Origin: Candidatus Latescibacterota bacterium
GTDB lineage: Bacteria; Latescibacterota; UBA2968
Assembly (NCBI GenBank): GCA_965207885.1
Contig: OZ242311.1
Coordinates: 128,001-192,000 of the forward strand
Direction of reading: 5' to 3'
DNA: 64,000 bases
Positions 31,488-42,200 of the stretch are shown piece after piece; positions within the stretch are counted from its first letter, which is position 1; every line of letters starts with the position of its first letter. Under the pieces are notes generated by a model. The model had not been told where the DNA came from. It saw nothing but the letters and a program-made list of their open reading frames with translations, and ran no database searches. The translations under genes and the position numbers were made by a program.

Positions 31488-32615
31488 ATGAAAATCGACC
31501 AGGTCGAACACTTCCTGCTCGGCAACAGCTATGTCGTCCGCCTCACCACCGACACCGGCATCTCCGGCATCGGGACCTCTGCTTGCTGGGGCTATCCCGA
31601 AGCCATCCAATCCATCGCCAGAGTCTTCAAAGAATACCTCATCGGACAAAACCCCATGCGCATAGAACACCACTGGCAGCACCTCTACCGCATGGCACCC
31701 TTTCGCGGCACCGCACTTTGCGGCGCAGTCAGCGCAATGGACATCGCCTTGTACGACATCAAAGGCAAACACTTTCAAGTCCCGGTCTGGGAACTCCTCG
31801 GCGGCAACTGCCGCGACAAAATTCGCCTGCACCTGCTCGCGGGCGGACCCACACCCGAACAAATGTATAAAAACGCAAAAGCCGCTGTTGCCGAAGGCTT
31901 CACCGCCATCAAATTTGATCCCATCACAGCCGGGTACCAGAACCAGGCGCAATCGCGCATCATACAAAACGCCGTCGAAATCGTCGCCGCTGCCCGCGAA
32001 GGTGCCGGACCCGATGTGGATCTCATCGTCGAAGTCCACCGCAAACTCACCCCAATGGTCGCCGTAGCCCTGGGCGAAGCCCTCATCCCCTATCACCTCT
32101 ACTTCATGGAAGATCCCATCCAGATAGACACCATCACAACCCAGGCTGAAATCGCCAAACGCATCCCCGTACCCCTGGGCAATGGCGAGCGCTTCACCTC
32201 AATATGGGAATTCCGCGAACTCCTCGAACACGGCGGACCCCAATACGTGCGCCCGGACATAGCCCTGGCAGGAGGCCTGACCCACTGCAAAAAAATCGCC
32301 GCCATAGCCGAATCCTATCACTGCGCGGTCGTCACCCACAACTTTCTCAGCCCCCTGGGCACAGCCGCATCCCTTCACCTCGACGTTAGCATCCCCAACT
32401 TCATCACCCAGGAATACTCCAAAAACGACGAAAGCGAACGCAACGCCGTGTACAAATGCGCGCACAAACGCGAAGGCGGCTATATCCCCCTTCCCGAAGC
32501 CCCTGGCCTTGGCGTTGAACTCGACGACGCCAAAATCCCCGACACGCCCTTTGCCCCCTTAACCAAAGTCAATACACCGAGACGAGAGGACGGATCAATC
32601 GCATATGCGGTGTAA
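31488..32615 (+). CDS. Mandelate racemase/galactonate dehydratase-like enolase superfamily enzyme
   Basis: SAMDIALYDIKGK, FTAIKFDP, FMEDP, NGER and PGLGVELD motifs; AAGGAG RBS. Confidence 0.85.
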   Translation: MKIDQVEHFLLGNSYVVRLTTDTGISGIGTSACWGYPEAIQSIARVFKEYLIGQNPMRIEHHWQHLYRMAPFRGTALCGAVSAMDIALYDIKGKHFQVPVWELLGGNCRDKIRLHLLAGGPTPEQMYKNAKAAVAEGFTAIKFDPITAGYQNQAQSRIIQNAVEIVAAAREGAGPDVDLIVEVHRKLTPMVAVALGEALIPYHLYFMEDPIQIDTITTQAEIAKRIPVPLGNGERFTSIWEFRELLEHGGPQYVRPDIALAGGLTHCKKIAAIAESYHCAVVTHNFLSPLGTAASLHLDVSIPNFITQEYSKNDESERNAVYKCAHKREGGYIPLPEAPGLGVELDDAKIPDTPFAPLTKVNTPRREDGSIAYAV

Positions 32616-32704
32616 TGAGACGTGAGATGTAACCACCGATAACCACAGATTAAAAGTGCATCCAAAATCGTGGAAAATAACCTTTCACTCTTTTGGAGCA
32701 CAAC

Positions 32705-33487
32705 ATGAACAATCCCGAAGAAGTTGAATTTCAATTCAGTACTCAGAAATTTGAAGAAGAATGGGTCGGAAAAGCCCTCAAAAATTTTCAAGAAGACGGC
32801 TGGTTTTCAGGCGTTCTCTATCGCGTCAAAGGTGGCAAAGAAGCGCAGGTCTATTGTTGCAAAGCATCTCCTGGTATGGGGGTGGACCTCATTGCCGCCA
32901 AAATTTATCGTCTCCGCCGCAACCGCGCGATGAAAAATTACGCCCAATACCAGCAAGGCCGACACATCACCTCCGACAAACGCTACCTTCGCGCTCTCAA
33001 AAAGAAAACCCGCACCGGTAAAGCCGTAGAAGATCGCGCCTGGCTCAAACACGAATTTCGCACCATGCAAATGCTCTACCATGCAGGCGCCGATGTGCCG
33101 CAACCCTTCGAACTGTCTGGCAATACCATCCTCATGGAATTCATTGGCAATGCACGAGTAGCTGCTCCCCTGCTTCGGGAAGTGCGGCTCGACCCTACCG
33201 AAGCCAAACCTCTATTTGACCGCTGTATTGAAAATATCGAAATCTTCCTCTCCTGCGATAGCATCCATGGTGACTTATCGGCCTTTAACATCCTCTACTG
33301 GAATGGGGCCATTACCGTCATCGACTTTCCGCAAGCTGTTGACCCCTTCGACAATCCCAGTGCTTTTTCTCTCCTCGTCCGCGATGTCGAACGCGTGTGT
33401 CAATACTTCTCACGCTACGGCATTCAATCCAGACCCGTGGACATCGCCGCCGATCTGTGGCGTCGTTACCTGCAACGAGAGTTATAA
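32705..33487 (+). CDS. RIO1-family atypical Ser/Thr kinase
   Basis: KGGKEAQVY, AAKIY, ILMEFIG, IHGDLSAFNIL, IDFPQAVD and RDVER motifs. Confidence 0.9.
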   Translation: MNNPEEVEFQFSTQKFEEEWVGKALKNFQEDGWFSGVLYRVKGGKEAQVYCCKASPGMGVDLIAAKIYRLRRNRAMKNYAQYQQGRHITSDKRYLRALKKKTRTGKAVEDRAWLKHEFRTMQMLYHAGADVPQPFELSGNTILMEFIGNARVAAPLLREVRLDPTEAKPLFDRCIENIEIFLSCDSIHGDLSAFNILYWNGAITVIDFPQAVDPFDNPSAFSLLVRDVERVCQYFSRYGIQSRPVDIAADLWRRYLQREL

Positions 33488-33640
33488 CCCAATAAGACTT
33501 CCAAAAAGAATGCCACAACGTTTGGGATTACCCACAAGAAATCATCTGGTAAATTCCTCTTCTCTATATATATTTTATATGCTAACTCAAATTGACCCTA
33601 ATCCCTCGCGCAAGCACAACCAATCTACCAACACCACTCT

Positions 33641-34822
33641 ATGTTTACGTCCAAAACCGATTACAAAACCGCCATCCTCAATGCGGTATCAAACCCCGAA
33701 ACCTTTCTCAGGCTTACCCTGAGTCATCCGCGTCGCGGCACAATATGGAACAAAATCACCGTCCGCATGGTCCAGATCAAAAACGCGCCCCACCTCCAGA
33801 TCGCGCGATATAGCCGCACGCAAGACATCACGGAAAACATCCCACTGACCGACGCGAACGCCGCGCTCGACGAACTACTCGCCTTGCCCTTCGCACAAAT
33901 CCACGTACAAAATAGCCACGAAGACCTCCACATTCGCATCACAAAAAAAGGCCGCGCACTATTCAAACGCGCAAAACCCTCGCGTCCAAACATCAAACCC
34001 ACTCTCTCGCACAACCGCGTCAAACACCACCCCCTATCCGACAACCGACCCGACGCCTTCCTCCAGGGCCTCGGCATCATGGATCACAACGGGCGCGTGC
34101 GCGCATCCATGCGCGACAAATTCAAACAAATCAACGCCTTTCTCCACCACTTACAACCCGTCATACCAGCGTCGAAACACCCCCTAACCCTCATAGACTG
34201 TGGCTGCGGCAACGCGTATCTCACATTTGCAGCGTATCACTACCTGAACAACATCTGTAACATCCCTGCACGACTCATCGGCATTGACCACAACCCATCC
34301 CTCATCGCCAAATGTCGAACCCTCGCCAATGACCTCGGCTGGACAGACCTCGCCTTTCACAATTCCAGCATCGCCGACTTCACACCCCAAACACCGCCCG
34401 ACATCGTCTTTAGTCTGCACGCCTGCGACACCGCAACCGACGACGCCATTGCCCGCGCCGTACAGTGGAACAGCCCCGTCATCCTCGCAGCGCCCTGCTG
34501 CCAGCACGAACTGCGCCCACAACTCGACGCATCTGTCTTCGCACCCGTAATGGCGCACGGCATCCTCAAAGGGCGCACCGCCGACATCCTCACCGACGCC
34601 TGCCGCGCACAACTACTGCGCATACTGGGCTATCGCACCGAACTCATAGAATTCATCGACTCCAAACACACGCCCAAAAACATCCTCATCCGCGCAAAAA
34701 AAACCTCCCGAACAAGTGATCCAACCCTCGTTCAGGAGTATTGCACCATGCGCGACTTCTGGCACATCAAACCCAGCCTCGAGCGACTGCTCGCCCGGGA
34801 ACTCGCGCCCCTTTTGTCTTGA
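33641..34822 (+). CDS. SAM-dependent methyltransferase (Methyltransf_32-like)
   Basis: DKFKQINAF, IDCGCGNAYLTF, LHACDTATD, APCCQHE and HTPKNILIRA motifs. Confidence 0.85.
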   Translation: MFTSKTDYKTAILNAVSNPETFLRLTLSHPRRGTIWNKITVRMVQIKNAPHLQIARYSRTQDITENIPLTDANAALDELLALPFAQIHVQNSHEDLHIRITKKGRALFKRAKPSRPNIKPTLSHNRVKHHPLSDNRPDAFLQGLGIMDHNGRVRASMRDKFKQINAFLHHLQPVIPASKHPLTLIDCGCGNAYLTFAAYHYLNNICNIPARLIGIDHNPSLIAKCRTLANDLGWTDLAFHNSSIADFTPQTPPDIVFSLHACDTATDDAIARAVQWNSPVILAAPCCQHELRPQLDASVFAPVMAHGILKGRTADILTDACRAQLLRILGYRTELIEFIDSKHTPKNILIRAKKTSRTSDPTLVQEYCTMRDFWHIKPSLERLLARELAPLLS

Positions 34823-34893
34823 CACACGTACATAAAAATTTTTGTTTTAAAACATAGTTTTTTGGGTTCTCGGCTAATTACTGAGAGTATGCT

Positions 34894-35385
34894 ATGTTAC
34901 AGAAACCAACTCTTTATCTCGAATCAACCATACCGAGCTATCTGGCAGGTCGTCCCAGTAGCGACCTGATCGTAGCCGCGCAGCAAAAAATAACTCATGA
35001 TTGGTGGCAAGAAGCACGAACAAAATTTTCTATTTCAATTTCAGAAGCGGTATTGGAAGAAATTGAGGCGGGCGACCCCGATGCTGCAAATAGACGTCAG
35101 ACTTTTGTTGCGAATTTACCCATCTTAGAATTGAAAGACGATGTGGCAATTCTGGCAGAAGATTATCTGAATAGATTACAATTACCACAAAGTGCACAAT
35201 TGGATGCATTACATATGGCTTACGCAGTTGTGTATGAAATGGATTATTTATTAACTTGGAACTGCAAACACATAGCAAACGGGGTTATCATCCAACGCCT
35301 TCAGACCGCCAATCTTGAATTAACGCGACATACACCAATCATTGTGACACCGCAGGAATTGCTGGAATTTCCAGAAGGAGAATAG
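34894..35385 (+). CDS. PIN-domain (VapC-like) toxin
   Basis: LYLESTIPSYL, ISEAVLEEI, DALHMAYA and DYLLTWNCKHIAN motifs. Confidence 0.85.
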   Translation: MLQKPTLYLESTIPSYLAGRPSSDLIVAAQQKITHDWWQEARTKFSISISEAVLEEIEAGDPDAANRRQTFVANLPILELKDDVAILAEDYLNRLQLPQSAQLDALHMAYAVVYEMDYLLTWNCKHIANGVIIQRLQTANLELTRHTPIIVTPQELLEFPEGE

Positions 35386-35387
35386 CC

Positions 35388-35576
35388 ATGTGGAGAGACC
35401 CAATTGTAGAGGAAATACATTCTGTTCGCCAGAAAATCGCTGAAGACTGCAACTATGACTTCAAACAGATTGTCGAACGCCTCAGACAAAGGGAAAAAAC
35501 CCATAAAGATAGGCTTGTATCTCTGCCACCACACAGCATTGAGGAAAACGCACCAATAAGGAAGGCCGCACATTGA
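35388..35576 (+). CDS. Small putative antitoxin partner of the PIN protein
   Basis: MWRDPIVEEIHSVRQKIAEDCNYD; starts 2 nt after the PIN stop with a GGAG RBS, the usual small partner of this PIN subtype. Confidence 0.7.
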   Translation: MWRDPIVEEIHSVRQKIAEDCNYDFKQIVERLRQREKTHKDRLVSLPPHSIEENAPIRKAAH

Positions 35577-35682
35577 TACTGATTCTGAATCGATCGGACT
35601 TTTCCGCGTGCCTCGCTTACCTTCTCGTAACTCCGCCTTGCGAATCCATAACCCCTTCAACTGCATCTATCCAGAAACATAA

Positions 35683-35718
35683 AAATGGGTAGAGAATATT
35701 GCGATTCTCTACCCATTT
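35683..35718. terminator. Inverted repeat / intrinsic terminator
   Basis: AAATGGGTAGAGAAT-attgcg-ATTCTCTACCCATTT, a perfect 15-bp stem. Confidence 0.75.
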
Positions 35719-35758
35719 CTTGGTGTGTGTTCATGAAATTATCGCGCCTGGATTAAGT

Positions 35759-35899
35759 TCAATAAGCCTCGATTTTCTTTTGCCATTCCTTTTCAACTTC
35801 TCGAAAAGCTACCGCAATTCCCTCGTCGTCTTTCCAAATGCCATGCGTCTGTGCCAGCGCTTCCAACACCTTTTCTTTTTTTTGAGCCTTCAGCTTCAC
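35759..35899 (-). CDS. Small (46 aa) antitoxin-like ORF or remnant
   Basis: GTG start after GAGG; reads KLKAQKKEKVLEALAQTHGIWKDDEGIAVAFREVEKEWQKKIEAY. The GxWkD motif recalls short antitoxin C-termini. Confidence 0.35.
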   Translation of the reverse strand: MKLKAQKKEKVLEALAQTHGIWKDDEGIAVAFREVEKEWQKKIEAY

Positions 35900-36152
35900 A
35901 GGAACCTCACCAACCTCTCCCTCGACAAAACCGGCATTACGGACTTGTCAGATCATTAACCGATTATGAAAACAATGTATCAAAAAGTAATATTTTTCAG
36001 AATATCAGACAATACAAATCTCACATTTATGACATTTTGTCCATATCAGTTGAAATAAGAGAGGCTTCAATGTAAATTGGATATCGCAATCAAAAGTAAA
36101 AATACTGTTTCCTCAACCATTAGGAGAAAACGCCTGAGACATCCAACCCTGC

Positions 36153-36986
36153 TCAGGGGCTTAAAGTCAGTCCTTCGCGGGCCACCACCGCCCCGGCGAA
36201 CAATCGGCGCGCCGCCGCTTCAATTCTACTGAGTGCTTCATCGTCGCGCTTCGGTGCGTGGTGGAAGATGACGTACGTCTTGACGCCAGACACACGGCAT
36301 AGCCGCGCTCCTTCCTCGAAAGTCGAATGACCCCAGCCGCGATGACGGGGAAGCTCAGCATCGGTAAACATCGCGTCATAGATCACGATGTCAGCCCCTT
36401 CAATAAGGCCAATGACGTTCTCATCCTGCATACCCGGCTCGTGCTCGGTGTCTGTAACGTAGCAGATGCTTTGTCCAGCGTATTCGACCCGATAACCTGT
36501 CGCCCCACCGGGATGTCGAAGCGGCGCAGTGCGAATGGCTATTCCGGGCTTCGGATTCAGTGTCTCGCCAGCCTGAAAGTCAAAGAACGCAACGTGGGCG
36601 GGAAAAATTTCGGGCGACACGGGAAAGAGCGGCGCGCTCATAAGGTGGCGAACCGCCCCTTCGGTGGTACCGCCCGCTGACTGATGGCCAGACCATATCC
36701 GGAGCGTGTTACCACGATGGTAGGCGAGCGGGAAGAACGGCAGACCGAGGACATGGTCGATATGACTATGGGAAAGGAACAGATCGACCTCGGTACATCT
36801 TTCCTCGACCAGGGCAGCTCCGAGCCTGCGAATGCCTGAACCGGCATCGAAAACAAACACCGCCTCATCACATCGGACCTCAACACAGGAGGTATTGCCG
36901 CCGTAGCGGATATAATGAGCATCCGAGACGGGGATGCTCCCCCGTACTCCCCAGAACCGGACGTACATGTGATTCGAAGCACTCAT
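36153..36986 (-). CDS. MBL-fold metallohydrolase (putative phosphodiesterase)
   Basis: FWGVRGSIP, YGGNTSCV, FDAGSG, SHSHIDH (HxHxDH), VTDTEH, GWGHST and FHHAP motifs. Confidence 0.85.
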   Translation of the reverse strand: MSASNHMYVRFWGVRGSIPVSDAHYIRYGGNTSCVEVRCDEAVFVFDAGSGIRRLGAALVEERCTEVDLFLSHSHIDHVLGLPFFPLAYHRGNTLRIWSGHQSAGGTTEGAVRHLMSAPLFPVSPEIFPAHVAFFDFQAGETLNPKPGIAIRTAPLRHPGGATGYRVEYAGQSICYVTDTEHEPGMQDENVIGLIEGADIVIYDAMFTDAELPRHRGWGHSTFEEGARLCRVSGVKTYVIFHHAPKRDDEALSRIEAAARRLFAGAVVAREGLTLSP

Positions 36987-37064
36987 CTGAGAAATTGCCG
37001 AAATACTCGGAAATGTACAACGTAAAAGGTCTGCAACGGGCGACGTCTCATGGTTCGACTCCTC

Positions 37065-39257
37065 TTATAGATGGTGCCGGAGCTCCCGCGTAGAACGATC
37101 CAAGCGGGCGGCGATCATCTTGACGATAGCGGCATGAAAACGACCAGCGGCTTCGGGATGCCGCAATTGCAAGTGCTGTAGGCCCTCGGCGTCAAGACGG
37201 TACAGGACACTCGAGGTTTCGATTCGAACGCTCGCCGTACGCGGCCCTTCCATATAGACGGCCATCTCGCCGAGGATCGCACCACTCGTATAAACACACA
37301 CGACGTGTTCACCGCCGTATGCTGCATCGACCACCACCGACACTGTACCCGAATCAACGATATAAAGACTGTCTCCCAGATCCCCGCGCCGAAACAACCA
37401 GTTCCCCTCGGCATGTTCCTGCCTCTGGAAGAAGGGCACTATTCGGCGAGCGGCATCCTCGTCTCTCAGCATCTTGCTGAGCCGGCCTTCGAGTGTGTCA
37501 GTGCCGACGAGCCTCGACGCCTTGCAATCGTCCAAAATCCGGTCCTCGCAATAGGCAATGCCTTCATTGAGTTGAGAAAATTGACAGCGATGGACACGCG
37601 ATGTCGGTTTCGTGAAAAACGCGATACCTTCCAATTGTTTTCCCATCCTTTCGTCATGTCCCGTGATGACCACCGAAACCCCGTAATTTTCCGTCACCTG
37701 GGCCAGTCTCGAAAAGAGCGTGACACCCGACGCATCCATGAAGACGACATGTTTGAGATCCAGAATCAGATACTTTAACTTCAGTTCCTCCGGCGATGTC
37801 AGCTTTTCGCGTATGATGCCCATCAAGTCGCCAGCCGTTCCAAAGAAAAGAGCTCCTTGCACCTCCATAATGAGAATACAGTCGCTCTCGTGGTCGAGAA
37901 TCTCCCGAATCTCCGGATCGCGCTCAATGTGGCTGATGCGATCCCGTCCGGTGTATTCGCTTCTGATGCTGGTGAGCCGACTATAGTTGATTACGAACAG
38001 GATCACCGATATCAACAGCCCAAAAATTATCCCCTCAAGAAGACCCTTCCAGATGCAGACCGTCAGAATCAGCAGTACCACGATATAGTCCGACGACGGC
38101 AGTTCTTTTCGAGCCATCCACACCCATTTCAGCAGAAAATCGATTCCTATATAGACGAGCAGACCGCCTACGATAAAAATCGGAAACATAGAGATGAAAT
38201 TGATCGCGACGAAGACCGCGGTCAGGATGCAGGCAACGAAAACGAACCCCGCCAGGCGACGATCGCCGCCCGACATATAGAATAAGGCCGTATCCGGCAG
38301 ACTCTGAACGCCAGCACAACCGCCGAACAGACCACAGGTCAGGTTCGCGACCCCAGCCACCTTCAGTTCGCGATTTGGATCCAACTCCCTATTGACGATG
38401 ATTTCGATGGCTGTAACGTCAATTAAGAGCAGGATGACGCACAACATCGCAACCGCCCCGATGCTACCAGCCTGCCCCGCGACAGTCAGCCAATGCACAC
38501 GGGACAAGTCACCGAAATCGAAGACCGGAAATAAAGTCGGGAAATCGGAAAGCTCCAGCAACCAGCCCGAGGCCATGGCCACTTCCAGGGCCTGACCGCT
38601 CAACCACAAGAGCGTGTAGAACACCGCAAATCCCAGCAGCAAAAGGATCGGAATAACGAACCACTGATTCCACCGGCGTTTAAAAACGTACAAAAACACG
38701 CCAAAAATCAACGGCGAAGCCCACTGCTGTATAATCTCCGGAGAAAACCATATAGCGAGATCATTCCAGGGGATGGGCTGATGCGTGGCGACCGACAACC
38801 CGCCTGTGAAAAGCGCGAATCCTCCTCCGGCAAAGATCCCTCCGGCGACCGGGTAAGGAAAGTAACGCACGAGTCTGCCCAGACCAAATTGTCCGACCAG
38901 CACCAGGACCAGACCGGTCACAATACTCGTGATCCCGAATGCCGCGATCACCGTCGCTAACACATCAACCTCTCGGCCCTGAGCCGCCATCGTTACTGCA
39001 ATTTTTGCCGCCATCGCGGAAAAAATAGGTATCGTGGCTGATCGAAGCGAGACTATGATGCCGGGATAACCACTTCCCAGCGTCCCACCAAGTGCGATTA
39101 CAACTGTGCTAATCAGAAGCAGGACAATTCCCGTCGAGAGATACTCTACCATAGGGCCGGAGAAAATCAACGCTGCTAAAGCAATCGTTCCAAATATTGC
39201 CAGGATCCCATTGATAATTCCGGCCAAAATATTTTCGATGTTCTTTTGCAACTTCAT
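37065..39257 (-). CDS. SulP/SLC26 anion transporter with STAS and cNMP-binding domains
   Basis: YFPYPVAGGIFAG and DPNRELKVAGVAN (SulP); QGALFFGTA...LILDLKHVVFMDASG (STAS); LFRRGDLGDSLYIVDSG...LGEMA...PRTASV (cNMP phosphate-binding cassette). Confidence 0.9.
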   Translation of the reverse strand: MKLQKNIENILAGIINGILAIFGTIALAALIFSGPMVEYLSTGIVLLLISTVVIALGGTLGSGYPGIIVSLRSATIPIFSAMAAKIAVTMAAQGREVDVLATVIAAFGITSIVTGLVLVLVGQFGLGRLVRYFPYPVAGGIFAGGGFALFTGGLSVATHQPIPWNDLAIWFSPEIIQQWASPLIFGVFLYVFKRRWNQWFVIPILLLLGFAVFYTLLWLSGQALEVAMASGWLLELSDFPTLFPVFDFGDLSRVHWLTVAGQAGSIGAVAMLCVILLLIDVTAIEIIVNRELDPNRELKVAGVANLTCGLFGGCAGVQSLPDTALFYMSGGDRRLAGFVFVACILTAVFVAINFISMFPIFIVGGLLVYIGIDFLLKWVWMARKELPSSDYIVVLLILTVCIWKGLLEGIIFGLLISVILFVINYSRLTSIRSEYTGRDRISHIERDPEIREILDHESDCILIMEVQGALFFGTAGDLMGIIREKLTSPEELKLKYLILDLKHVVFMDASGVTLFSRLAQVTENYGVSVVITGHDERMGKQLEGIAFFTKPTSRVHRCQFSQLNEGIAYCEDRILDDCKASRLVGTDTLEGRLSKMLRDEDAARRIVPFFQRQEHAEGNWLFRRGDLGDSLYIVDSGTVSVVVDAAYGGEHVVCVYTSGAILGEMAVYMEGPRTASVRIETSSVLYRLDAEGLQHLQLRHPEAAGRFHAAIVKMIAARLDRSTRELRHHL

Positions 39258-39294
39258 GGAAATTTGTCTTCTCGAATACCTTTAGAACAGCTTC

Positions 39295-42200
39295 TCAGGT
39301 TTCTGCGTGCCCGGTGCGCACAGCCCCTTCCCGTATCTGTCGCACCGGCTGCGCGTCCAGAAAGGTGTGTCGCCGTTCGGAGTCTTGCAGTTGCGTCGCC
39401 ACCTCGTGAATAATGTCCAGTGCCTCGCGATAAACAGCGCGAGCCCGATCCGTCTCGCCCCGATCTTCATACAGCATCCCCAGTGCCTGGTGCGTCCGCC
39501 AGATCTGCGGCGGATTGCCGAGGTCCCGGCTAATCGCCAGTGCCCGGCGGAGGGCTTGCTCGGCTTCCTCGTCGCGCCCTTGAGCGAGGAGGGCCTGCCC
39601 TTGCAGGCGCCATCCCTTGGCGAGGTTCTTGCGGCTTGCCGTCGGCTCTGCCTCCTTGCAGCACAACTCGGTATATATGAGAGCCTTCGCGCTGTCTCCC
39701 TTAGCCAGCCACAACTCGCCCAGGCTGTGCCACAAATGCTGGGCGTATCGCCATTTCATCCAGTCTTCGCCCCATGTCCCGTGCCGCTGCAGGCTTTCGT
39801 GGACCTCCTCGAGGTGCTTTTCAGCCTCTTCCAACCTGCCGAGCAAGAGGAGAGTATCGCCCTGGTTCAACTGTGCGTTTCTGGTGACTTCGGGATCGCC
39901 GATCTCCTCCGAGGCGTCGAGACACGTCTGGTTGTAATGAAGAGCCGCCTCCAGGTCATAGAGCTCGCCGCACACCCAACCCAGAGTATTGAGAATCCGC
40001 CCTCTGTGGGCGTAGTCACCGAGACGCTCGCTCAGATCCAGGGCTTCTTCGAGGGACGCAAGAGCCTTCTCGTAGTCACCCCTCCCACACAGGATAATCC
40101 CTCTCATCCACAGCACCCCGGAGATGAGAAATGGCAGGTTCTGCGTCCGGCCGATGTGCAGTGCCTGATCCAGAAGCTGGAGTGCCTGTGCGTATTCCCC
40201 CTTCCAGTTCCTGATCTGTCCCAGCACCCACAGGCAGAACCCTTCCTGCTCCTCATCCCTGGCTTCTCGACTTATCTGCAACGCATCATTGCAATGACGC
40301 CTGGCCTCGTCGAGATCACCGAGCACAGCGCGTATCCAGCCAATGACGAAAGTACTCGCCGCGATCGTGGACCCGGCACCGATCTGCTGTGCTAATACCT
40401 TCGCGCTCTCGCTGCATTGCAAAGCCTCCTCAAATTCGTGGGCCCAGTGATAGCCCAAGCCCATCTTATAGAGGGCGAACGCCTCTTGCGCCCGGTCTCC
40501 GTTTCGACGGGCGATCTCGAGCACTTGTCGATAGGCTTCGACAGAAAGCAAGAACTCGCTGCGGAGGAAATGCGCCTCGCCCTTGTGGGCGTAGATCGAC
40601 ATCATCTCCGGATCGACCGCCGAGCCGAGTTGTTCACAGACGTCCAGGGCACGCGCGTGGAAATCAAGTGCTTCCTTTAGAGCCGAGGCCTGCTGTGCCT
40701 TCTGTCCGGCTTGCACGAGATAGGTCAGTGCCTTTTTCCACATTTCCCCCCGCTCGAAATGATGGGCCAACACTTCAGCGTGTTCGACCAGGTGAACCTC
40801 GAATTTCTCGATGGTTTCGCCAATCAGCCGATGCAGATATTGCTGGCTCCTGACCAATAGCGATTGGTACGCCACCTCGCGCGTGAGCGCGTGTTTAAAT
40901 ATATAGCTTATATCTGGCTCCGAATCCATTTCGCGGATCATTTCAATATCCGTCAGGTCCCGCAAATAGGTATCGAGCAGGTCCGGCTGAGCCACCTCCA
41001 GCCGGACGAGTAGCCCGCGTGTAAACTCTCGACCAACCACGGCGGCGAACTGAAGCGTTGTCCTGTGCGCCTCCTCAAGGCGATCAAATCGCGCCGAGAG
41101 AACATCCTGGACGGTCTCGGGAATAGAAATATCCTCAATGGGCCTGGTCAACACACAACGATGCTCAACTCGTCGTATGGCCCCGACTTCCTGGAGCGAT
41201 CTGACCACTTGTTCGATAAAGAACGGATTCCCTTCCGTTTTGCGGTCAATCAGGCTTGCGAGCTCGTCCGGCAAAAAATCGACACCCAGTATGGTCCTGG
41301 CTATCTGTGTGCTATGCTTTGTCGAGAGTGGTTGCAGAGTCAAGTGCGTATGATAGGTTCGCTCACCAAATGGAGAGGCATAACCGGGCCGATAGGTCAA
41401 CAGGAACAAGACATGGCTTGTCGAGATGCTGTCGGCAATGATCTTGAGAAAGTCTTGAGTCGCCTGATCCATCCAGTGGATATCCTCCAGGACGATCACT
41501 CTGGGGGACAACTCCGAGGCGTGGAACAGGACACGCTGGAGCGCGCGGAAAAGCTCGTTCCGGCGCAGTTGAGGGTCCATCCTTCGCACGTTCTCGTCTC
41601 CGGGGTCTAAGGCGAGAAGGTAACGCAGATAGGGCAGATCGGAACGCAAGGCCTCGCTGTGACTTAACAACGTCTGCTCAATCTTTGTGACGACCGTTGT
41701 GTCCGCCTCTGCCTCCTCGATACCTGCGCTTCTCTTGAGCATATCGATTAAAGGATGAAATACTGAGGAACTTCCGAACGAAAGGGCGCGGCCTTCAAGC
41801 CAGGTAGCATCGGTGGCAGCGATCCGCTGACGAAACTCCAGCAGGAGACGCGATTTGCCAATACCTGGATCTCCGACCAGAAAGACCATCTGCCCGTGAC
41901 CCGCCTGTGCCTGTGCAAAGCAGTTCTGCAGTGTCTGCAACTCGCGTTCGCGCCCCATGAAATGCGTCAGACCGCGTTTGATTTCCACGTCGAGTCTATT
42001 CACGGATTCGAACGCGGCAAGCACCTCCCAGGCCAGCGTCGGATCGGCCTTTCCTTTCAGGTCAAAGGTGCCGAGCGAGCGTGTTTGGCAATATCCCTCA
42101 ACCAGACGATAAGTGGACTCTGAGATCACGATCTGGTCGGGGGCAGCCTGCCCTTCCAGGCGAGCCGCCACATTCGTGGTGTCCCCCACGGCGGTGTAAT

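Noticed and set aside
37040-37065. GGTTCGACTCC resembles a tRNA T-loop
   Set aside because: There is no 5-bp T stem, acceptor stem or cloverleaf; it is the reverse complement of an RBS region.
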